Shown here in pieces: positions 14,274 through 20,000 of a stretch of DNA of 20,000 nucleotides (its first letter is position 1; every line of letters starts with the position of its first letter). Made by a program: the position numbers and the translations under genes. This stretch comes from an uncultured virus (IMG/VR IMGVR_UViG_3300034178_000025) (lineage: Duplodnaviria > Heunggongvirae > Uroviricota > Caudoviricetes): IMG/VR virus record IMGVR_UViG_3300034178_000025; one strand, given 5' to 3'. The notes beneath the pieces are model-generated. The model did no database searches and was not told the DNA's origin. It saw only the letters and a program-made list of their open reading frames with translations.

Positions 14274-15431
14274 CTAACAGGTAGGCGACACCGTCGGCGT
14301 CGGGCTCACTGTCGGACTCGTAGTCGGATCAGGCGAACCCGAGCTCGCAGACGGCGTGGGCTGCACCACAACGCTGGCCAGCGCCGCCTTGTACGCCGCA
14401 GCCATGACGGGCAGCTGTGCCGGACGAGGCGTACCGGTTGGCGAGTCGTTCATGAGTCGGTACCGCGCCAGCGTCCCACCCCAGGTAGGCGTGTAGTCGA
14501 AGCCAGGCTCGCTGAAGACTGACTCGAACACCGGGATACCAGGGTACTGGATGCTGTTCACCATCTCCCCTCCACCCATCGCAGCGAACCGCTTGATCAT
14601 CTGCTGCGTGTAGTACGTGTCGTCACTTGCAGTGTTCTGCTGGGTGCCACCCCACTCGGGAACAGAGAACCCCTTGCCGTTGGCGCGAGCCCAGTCTTCC
14701 CACTGCTTCATGCCATATGCCTCGCCGTACCGACTCGCCCAACCGGCAGCAGTATTCATACTGCCATCCCAGTTGTAGAAGTCAATGCCGACCCATTCGA
14801 AGTACGGCTTCAGATCCAGCGCTAGTTGCCAGATGTTGGCCAACCTGCCCGACTGTGACGCGCCTTCGTTCGGGTTGAACGCGACCTGAATGCCAGAGTT
14901 GTTAGCCCGAAGCGCAGTTACTGCCTGCTGGAACCTGAGCACCCAGTTGGCACGGTTGGAGCTGGTGACACTCCAATGACCGAAGTCGATGTTCATCTCC
15001 CAGCCGAGCCGGACGATGGTCTTGTTGGCGATGCCCGCTGCAACCAGGTTGTTCCTGAGCGTACCGAAGCTAGCAGTGCTGCCCGTGTTCACGTTGGAGT
15101 TGCTCGCCCACAAGGGCACGCTCAGGATCAGCTTGCCGCCCGCCGACGTCACGGGCGCCGCACCAGGCGCCTGCCAACTGATGTTGGAGATGTCGTCCAG
15201 CGCCGCGAATCCTTCCACGGCGTCCAGCTGCTTGCCCGTGTCCGTCTGGAACAGACTCACGTTGCCGGGCTGATGATCCAGGTAGGCACCGTGCACCCAG
15301 GGCAGGCCCGACAGAACTCCCTGCGGAGCTGCCGAAGCGCTGGACATCAGCACAGTGCTGATTACTGCCAGCGTTCCGGCGGTTGCGACCAGCCCTGCCA
15401 GCGACAGGGTAACGAGTTTTCGAGGGGTCAT
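14274..15431 (-). CDS. Secreted glycoside hydrolase, GH26-like (clan GH-A)
   Basis: Signal peptide MTPRKLVTLSLAGL...SSASA; acid/base motif VRLGWEMN, VGIDFYN, nucleophile motif FSVPEWG; Pro/Thr/Ser-rich tail. Start placed at ATG 15431. Confidence 0.82.
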   Translation of the reverse strand: MTPRKLVTLSLAGLVATAGTLAVISTVLMSSASAAPQGVLSGLPWVHGAYLDHQPGNVSLFQTDTGKQLDAVEGFAALDDISNISWQAPGAAPVTSAGGKLILSVPLWASNSNVNTGSTASFGTLRNNLVAAGIANKTIVRLGWEMNIDFGHWSVTSSNRANWVLRFQQAVTALRANNSGIQVAFNPNEGASQSGRLANIWQLALDLKPYFEWVGIDFYNWDGSMNTAAGWASRYGEAYGMKQWEDWARANGKGFSVPEWGGTQQNTASDDTYYTQQMIKRFAAMGGGEMVNSIQYPGIPVFESVFSEPGFDYTPTWGGTLARYRLMNDSPTGTPRPAQLPVMAAAYKAALASVVVQPTPSASSGSPDPTTSPTVSPTPTVSPTC

Positions 15432-15505
15432 CTCTTGCCTTTCTTTTTTGACTTCTTGCAGATGCACCAGATCCATCCGCAGATCTGGCAACGCCACCTA
15501 CGCAT
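15428..15505 (-). CDS. 25-aa Cys/Trp/Lys-rich micro-protein
   Basis: MRRWRCQICGWIWCICKKSKKKGKR; ATG 2 nt after the upstream stop and TGA in ATGA overlap with the GH26 start, so it fills the gap exactly. Confidence 0.5.
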   Translation of the reverse strand: MRRWRCQICGWIWCICKKSKKKGKR

Positions 15506-15507
15506 GA

Positions 15508-16047
15508 TTAGAACCGCTTCGGCTCGTCGCCCAGCTGGGCAGACTTGCCAGTGACCGGCTGTGCGGCTGTATCCTGGATGACGCGCAGCTCCACGGCGTG
15601 CGCCCGCGCCAGGCTCCAGCCAACCCACTGGGCGTGGTCGGGGGTGGGGGATTCCGCCTGGAGAGTCTTGTCGCCAGACCAGTCCTCGGTGTAGACAGCC
15701 TTGTTCTCGACGATGATCCGGTGGATGGGAGTCATTGCGGGCATGTCTGATTTCCCTTCGATATTGCTTCGCCAGTCCCTGTCCAGGAACGGGTTATCGT
15801 CACTTGTGAGAACTGCAGCAATCAGCGACTTGCCTCTGCCGATCTCGAACCCGTAGGCTCGAGCTTGCCTGTCGATATCGAAGATATCCTCGGCCGGGAC
15901 CATGTCCTTGATGACCATGACTCGCTGCCACTTCTTGGTAGCAATCCTTCGCCAGGCATCCTTGATGTGCTCCGGCATATCCTTGTCCAAGATCACTTTC
16001 GCCTCATCCTTTCCCGCTCTTCCGGCGGAAGTCTTTCGATCTTGCAT
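15508..16047 (-). CDS. Hypothetical protein (179 aa)
   Basis: Open frame co-oriented with its neighbours; start uncertain; a possible internal start (GAAGGG...ATG) lies at 15744. Confidence 0.65.
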   Translation of the reverse strand: MQDRKTSAGRAGKDEAKVILDKDMPEHIKDAWRRIATKKWQRVMVIKDMVPAEDIFDIDRQARAYGFEIGRGKSLIAAVLTSDDNPFLDRDWRSNIEGKSDMPAMTPIHRIIVENKAVYTEDWSGDKTLQAESPTPDHAQWVGWSLARAHAVELRVIQDTAAQPVTGKSAQLGDEPKRF

Positions 16048-16616
16048 GCCGGACAGATCACACTGTTCGGTTCGTTCAACAGTACAAAGTCGTGCGTCCT
16101 AGCACCGCAACGCCAGCGTGCCTGCGACAGCACCAGCCTACCGTTCTTCCAGCAGGTTAGTATCCCCGTCAGGATGTGACTCAGGTAGGCCGAACTGTGC
16201 AGCGCGCGTCCATACGGTCTATCCGTCTCGGCCACCAAGATGAGGTGGCCGTTGGATTTACAGGGAGCGGGCGTGTTCCAGCGCGCCCTGCCAGTACGAG
16301 CCTGGTTGGGTAGACTGGCCCAGTTGAGCGCACGTCTTGCCTGCAGATCAGCCTCTGTGTACCTACGTGCACCCAATTGAGCCACCTCCTCTAATCCAGA
16401 TTTGAATAGCGTATCTGCGCCATCTAGCACAGATATCAACGGTCGATTCGGATGTGCCACCCAGCAAAGCTTGTGAGGCACGTGACGCACTCTGAGATCC
16501 AGGCAGGGCTGGCCAGACTCGGCTGAACACCTGTTGCAGGTGTCATACAGCTTCCAGTCCGAAGCCGGGAGGCCGTGGGTGCCGTAGTCTCGATGAGTCT
16601 GGCCATCCCGCGTCAT
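15993..16616 (-). CDS. Hypothetical zinc-finger protein (207 aa)
   Basis: C-x2-C-x-A-x2-G-x-PC...H-x-x-R motif common in actinophage proteins, plus a C-terminal CPAC. Confidence 0.7.
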   Translation of the reverse strand: MTRDGQTHRDYGTHGLPASDWKLYDTCNRCSAESGQPCLDLRVRHVPHKLCWVAHPNRPLISVLDGADTLFKSGLEEVAQLGARRYTEADLQARRALNWASLPNQARTGRARWNTPAPCKSNGHLILVAETDRPYGRALHSSAYLSHILTGILTCWKNGRLVLSQARWRCGARTHDFVLLNEPNSVICPACKIERLPPEERERMRRK

Positions 16617-16619
16617 CTG

Positions 16620-17030
16620 CTAAATCGCCCCGGTTATCTGGGCGAACTTGATGTAACAGTGAAACAACAGAACCGACAGGAGCATGATTGTTCCCAGAGT
16701 CACAGCCAGTGCCCCCATCAACTGACCCTGCGTCACGGTGTACGTCTTGCCGTAGTGCTTCTGTGCCTTCTTGTAGCGTCGCCGACCCTGCTTGCGCTCC
16801 CTTGCGGACCGCACATCGACCGGGTGATGTACGAAGGTTACCTCTTCTTCGGGCCGAAGCAGGAAGTGGCTGCCGCCAACTCCGCCGTTCAACTCCTCAG
16901 ACACCACGTTCAGAAACTTCACAGTGTCAACACTGGACCTGAACATCCAACTACAGCCCGAGACGTCCTCGGTATTTCCAACATAGGCATCTTGCAACCG
17001 GAACGTCTCTTGCTCAGTGTTGCCTTGCAT
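16620..17030 (-). CDS. Membrane protein with a C-terminal TM helix (136 aa)
   Basis: SD AGGAGG upstream; basic patch followed by LMGALAVTLGTIMLLSVLLF. Confidence 0.7.
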   Translation of the reverse strand: MQGNTEQETFRLQDAYVGNTEDVSGCSWMFRSSVDTVKFLNVVSEELNGGVGGSHFLLRPEEEVTFVHHPVDVRSARERKQGRRRYKKAQKHYGKTYTVTQGQLMGALAVTLGTIMLLSVLLFHCYIKFAQITGAI

Positions 17031-17084
17031 AGTGGATCCAGTACCTCCTATTAGGTTACCAGTAGCTTGTTAATAAGTAATTAG

Positions 17085-17174
17085 TTCTTTTATTATTAAG
17101 TTATTATTCTTTATTCTTTTATTATTAAGTTATTATTCTTTATTCTTTTGTTTATTCTTTTGTTTATTCTTTTA
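17085..17174. repeat. AT-rich tandem repeats (2 x 29 bp, then 2 x 12 bp plus a partial copy)
   Basis: TTCTTTTATTATTAAGTTATTATTCTTTA at 17085-17113 and 17114-17142; TTCTTTTGTTTA at 17143-17154 and 17155-17166. Confidence 0.92.
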
Positions 17175-17184
17175 TCTGATCAAC

Positions 17185-17322
17185 CTACCGAACGCCTTGG
17201 TCGAACATTACCATGAGGATAGTCCCGACCACCAGCGCTGCGCATACGCAGAATATCGTGAAGTAGAAGAAGAAGTCGAACACCCAGTTACCCCTGGGCT
17301 TCTTGCCCTTACCGATCGGCAC
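17185..17322 (-). CDS. Single-pass membrane microprotein (45 aa)
   Basis: Manual translation MPIGKGKKPRGNWVFDFFFYFTIFCVCAALVVGTILMVMFDQGVR; GTG 2 nt after the upstream stop. Confidence 0.65.
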   Translation of the reverse strand: MPIGKGKKPRGNWVFDFFFYFTIFCVCAALVVGTILMVMFDQGVR

Positions 17323-17324
17323 GG

Positions 17325-17609
17325 TCAGTCCCTGTTTCTCTTGGCGTACGCAGTCAGGATCGGTGTCTCCTGCTTGCCCTCCCAGGTATCTCCGACCAGC
17401 ACAGCCAAGCTACTGAAGTTGCGGACCGCCCGAACCAGCCCCAGTACGGTCATGCTGTTCAAGTACTCCTGAGCTTTGGCGGGCTCGTCCTGCTCCACAT
17501 ACATCAGTGCCGTCTCTAGAAGACTAGCATCAGTGCTGTCAAGCGGCGAACATACCCTCATCTCGTCCAACAGCCGCACATGCTTCACAGTGATGATCAG
17601 CTCCGCCAC
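17325..17609 (-). CDS. Hypothetical protein (94 aa)
   Basis: GTG at 17609 shares a base with the upstream TAG (TAGTG); in frame with track ORF 17325..17645. Confidence 0.65.
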   Translation of the reverse strand: MAELIITVKHVRLLDEMRVCSPLDSTDASLLETALMYVEQDEPAKAQEYLNSMTVLGLVRAVRNFSSLAVLVGDTWEGKQETPILTAYAKRNRD

Positions 17610-17755
17610 TACAACCACCAACCCAGAGCCAGCACCGCGAGACACAGCAAGATGAACAAGATCCAGCTTGGCGGGATCAGCACTTTCTTCTTAGAGGGTT
17701 GCACAGACTTGCTCCTGTCCCTTGGCCAGCTCTTACCCTCGTCCCCAAATACCAT
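17609..17755 (-). CDS. Single-pass membrane microprotein (48 aa)
   Basis: SD GGGAGG; MVFGDEGKSWPRDRSKSVQPSKKKVLIPPSWILFILLCLAVLALGWWL. Confidence 0.7.
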   Translation of the reverse strand: MVFGDEGKSWPRDRSKSVQPSKKKVLIPPSWILFILLCLAVLALGWWL

Positions 17756-17784
17756 CCTAACCCTCCCTACGGCTTTCCAACTTA

Positions 17785-17901
17785 CTACAGCTTCCCTGCC
17801 TGCCGAAGTGCAACCAGAACGAACAGGCAGATCAAGATCGGCACCGCCCAGCTGGCGAACCTAGCTAGCTTGTTCTTACTGGATCTGCTGTTCTTATCCA
17901 T
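17785..17901 (-). CDS. Single-pass membrane microprotein (38 aa)
   Basis: MDKNSRSSKNKLARFASWAVPILICLFVLVALRQAGKL; start overlaps the end of the upstream gene by 8 nt. Confidence 0.6.
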   Translation of the reverse strand: MDKNSRSSKNKLARFASWAVPILICLFVLVALRQAGKL

Positions 17902-18373
17902 GGGGCCAGCCTTTGGGGTAACTCCCAGTTACTCCAGTGCCGCCCCGCCAGGTCACTCCTCTGCGGGCTAGCTTCCGGCCGGCCCAGTCCAGCTTCAGCT
18001 TCACCGGCTTCTCAAAGAAGTACGGCAGCGCGTCGACCGCGTCCTCAGCTGCCAGCTCTTCCTCGCTGGCTCGCAGCGGTCCAACCACATCAGGCAACTG
18101 CCCAGCCGCCAGGCCGTTTAGCAGAGACGCCATCCTCTCCCCCATCAGCCGGTCGCCCATGTAGCCTGCATGGGTGACCCGGAGATACTGAACAGCCTGG
18201 TTCACGTCCTCAGGCAACCTCCCTTTGAAGCAGAACCTCAGCTGACAACCCGAACAGACCCAGTCTTCCATGTACAGCCTGCGAAACAGCGTCCGGTATC
18301 CAGTGATCAACCGGAGACTGTGCATACCTGGGGCCATGCGCTGGCCCCCGCCAGATCTCACGTCGGCACTCAT
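17894..18373 (-). CDS. Hypothetical protein (159 aa)
   Basis: ATGA overlap with the upstream gene; contains CSGC...H. Confidence 0.65.
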   Translation of the reverse strand: MSADVRSGGGQRMAPGMHSLRLITGYRTLFRRLYMEDWVCSGCQLRFCFKGRLPEDVNQAVQYLRVTHAGYMGDRLMGERMASLLNGLAAGQLPDVVGPLRASEEELAAEDAVDALPYFFEKPVKLKLDWAGRKLARRGVTWRGGTGVTGSYPKGWPHG

Positions 18374-18675
18374 GGCTGGCTCCGCTGGTAAGACCCGTAT
18401 CCAGGCGAGCCCGGCGCTGGACCCCTTGGCACAGTTGGCACAGTTGGCGGCTTTGACCCAGCAATCTTCTCGTACTCGCGAAGCGCACCCCCAAGCTTCT
18501 GACTCCAGTCCCCGGCCGTTATTCCAACGACATACGGCTCGTCCGGCCCCTCCCAGCCCAACATTACGCGGTGAGTCCCGATCTTGAACGACTCCACCGC
18601 AATGCCCAGCCCAGCTATTTCCCGAACTTTACCCGCAATCCCGATCAGATCATCAGGCGTTAGCTTCATGCTCAT
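18370..18675 (-). CDS. Hypothetical protein (101 aa)
   Basis: Open frame coupled to both neighbours; protein-like composition. Confidence 0.65.
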   Translation of the reverse strand: MSMKLTPDDLIGIAGKVREIAGLGIAVESFKIGTHRVMLGWEGPDEPYVVGITAGDWSQKLGGALREYEKIAGSKPPTVPTVPRGPAPGSPGYGSYQRSQP

Positions 18676-18883
18676 AAGTCTTCAACCCCCCAAATCGTAC
18701 TAAGCTATCCAAATCTATTTTGACGGCTGATATGAAATCGTCCAGTCTAGCATACCTCCTCAACCACAAGACCCGCAAGCACCGATAGCTGATTCGCCTA
18801 ACCAACCTACTATCGGGGGACTTTACAATCCTAATCATACTCGCAGCCCAAAACAGGATAACCCCCCAAACCACCCAAATCAT
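18653..18883 (-). CDS. Membrane protein with an N-terminal TM helix (76 aa), first gene of the accessory operon
   Basis: MIWVVWGVILFWAASMIRIV followed by a basic segment; A-rich upstream sequence with no SD. Confidence 0.55.
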   Translation of the reverse strand: MIWVVWGVILFWAASMIRIVKSPDSRLVRRISYRCLRVLWLRRYARLDDFISAVKIDLDSLVRFGGLKTYEHEANA

Positions 18884-18892
18884 TATTTATTA

Positions 18893-19091
18893 TTTTCGTG
18901 GACACGACCACGAATACCGTCCCCAGAATTCCCTAAGGTTTTCGTGGACAACCGTCCTCAGAAATGTCCACGAATATACGCCGCGTTACATCGGACGAAA
19001 CCGGACATCGGAACATAAATCATTTGATTCTCATTCAATTCGGACATTAACGTGGACACATTATTGAGGCCCAAAAGGCATTAACGTGGAC
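18893..19091. repeat. Cluster of CGTGGAC(A) direct and inverted repeats
   Basis: TTTTCGTGGACA at 18893 and 18939; inverted TGTCCACGAA at 18965; CATTAACGTGGAC at 19045 and 19079. Confidence 0.85.
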
Positions 19092-19241
19092 GCATGAATA
19101 AATAGGCTGACCTGCGGAAACACCCCCCGGAAACTATATCATTCATTTTTCTTTTCGTAAACGGGTTTCGTTCTAAAACACAGCTACTCTCAGTAAACCT
19201 TACCTGATCACACACTGTGTGTGTTACACACACTCTCTCCT

Positions 19242-19281
19242 CACGTCATACACACATCACACACGTCATGTACACATCACA
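19242..19281. repeat. 20-bp imperfect tandem repeat inside a CA-rich tract
   Basis: CACGTCATACACACATCACA / CACGTCATGTACACATCACA. Confidence 0.8.
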
Positions 19282-19619
19282 TCACCCACACAGTACGCTT
19301 CATACTCATCCACAACGCTACACACCTACACACCTGTACGCACGCAAAGTACATACGCGTGTGTGTATGTATCTCTTATAGTAATAAATAAATAAATATA
19401 GAAAATACTAAAAACCTATCCTGACCTGCGGATATATTCCTCATCATTCCGTGGTCGATTACGCGGACATATATCCGGCGCTGATATGAAATGCGCTTGG
19501 GATGTCCTATTTGGGTGGAGACGGTATAGCTTGTACTGGGGGTATTGGGGGTAAGTGTAGTAGTGTATTACAGAGTTAGGATAGAGTTAGACATGAGAAT
19601 CATAACTCTATAGGGAGAG

Positions 19620-19685
19620 ATGGGTGAGGTACAGTGAGGTATGGCTTCATGGTGTGAGGTACGGTTTCATGGGTGAGGTACAGTG
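19620..19685. repeat. Four GTGAGGTA direct repeats
   Basis: Copies at 19624, 19634, 19654 and 19673; the first and last extend to ATGGGTGAGGTACAGTG. Confidence 0.85.
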
Positions 19686-19942
19686 CCGGCCAGGGCGCGA
19701 AAAACCGGTGCGTGTGGATTCTGCTCAGAGAGCGTGCGCGCATACCCCCCCTCGAATTTTAAGTACCCCCCCTATATCCGGACAAGTCCGATTTGCAACT
19801 TTTGCACATATATGAGATGTCTTGTCCCAACTTATATCTTTATGTCCGCCACCGATAGCATATCCTATCGGCGGCCATATGTCCGTTATTTCGTGACTTG
19901 TTGTAGCTTGACATGACTTGTCCCATTACATGCGTGCATGTG

Positions 19943-19987
19943 CGCGCATACGCCCGCGCGTACGCGCATACGCCCGCGCGTACGCGC
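19943..19987. repeat. 20-bp perfect tandem repeat in an alternating purine-pyrimidine tract
   Basis: CGCGCATACGCCCGCGCGTA x2 plus a partial third copy. Confidence 0.85.
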
Positions 19988-20000
19988 GCGACCCAAGTCC

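Noticed and set aside
15432..15497. Upstream start for the GH26 gene
   Set aside because: It would bury the signal peptide behind 22 extra residues; ATG 15431 gives a canonical signal sequence and an ATGA coupling.
17085..17174. CRISPR-like array
   Set aside because: Repeats are directly adjacent with no unique spacers, and no cas genes are present.
19624..19916. Plus-strand ORFs of 63 and 77 aa
   Set aside because: They run through DNA repeats, lack phage-like codon use, and have no convincing protein features.
19908..19940. Perfect TTGACA -35 hexamer
   Set aside because: No acceptable -10 element at 16-19 bp spacing.
18890..20000. tRNA or large structured ncRNA
   Set aside because: No cloverleaf or T-loop motif and no extended pairing seen by eye; an Infernal/Rfam search would be needed to exclude it fully.

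Overview
Segment of a tailed dsDNA phage or prophage, most likely infecting an actinomycete (inferred from GC-rich codon use, GTG starts, actinophage-type small Cys/His proteins and an actinobacterial-type secreted GH26). Bases 1-10080 hold a minus-strand packaging/head operon: a 490-aa gene in the small-terminase position, large terminase, Mu gp29-like portal, small Zn-ribbon protein, Mu gpI-like protease with a nested scaffold, gpD-like decoration protein, major capsid protein and head-completion genes. Back-to-back sigma-A-like promoters at about 10209-10277 separate it from a plus-strand replication operon (AEP primase, CHC2 zinc finger plus P-loop helicase, four small genes) that ends at a bidirectional terminator (14228-14264). 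The right arm is a minus-strand accessory operon (secreted GH26 hydrolase, a 25-aa Cys/Lys micro-ORF, several membrane microproteins missing from the ORF track), followed by a 1.1-kb repeat-rich non-coding region. Most notable: (1) a terminator with a duplicated hexaloop and a competing hairpin in the leader of the virion operon, a candidate attenuation/antitermination switch; (2) a TGT/DpdA-like domain plus 4-Cys cluster in the small-terminase position; (3) a protease and nested scaffold that begin with the same MTAPVLAV peptide encoded by entirely different codons. All family calls come from recognising motifs by eye; no searches were run.
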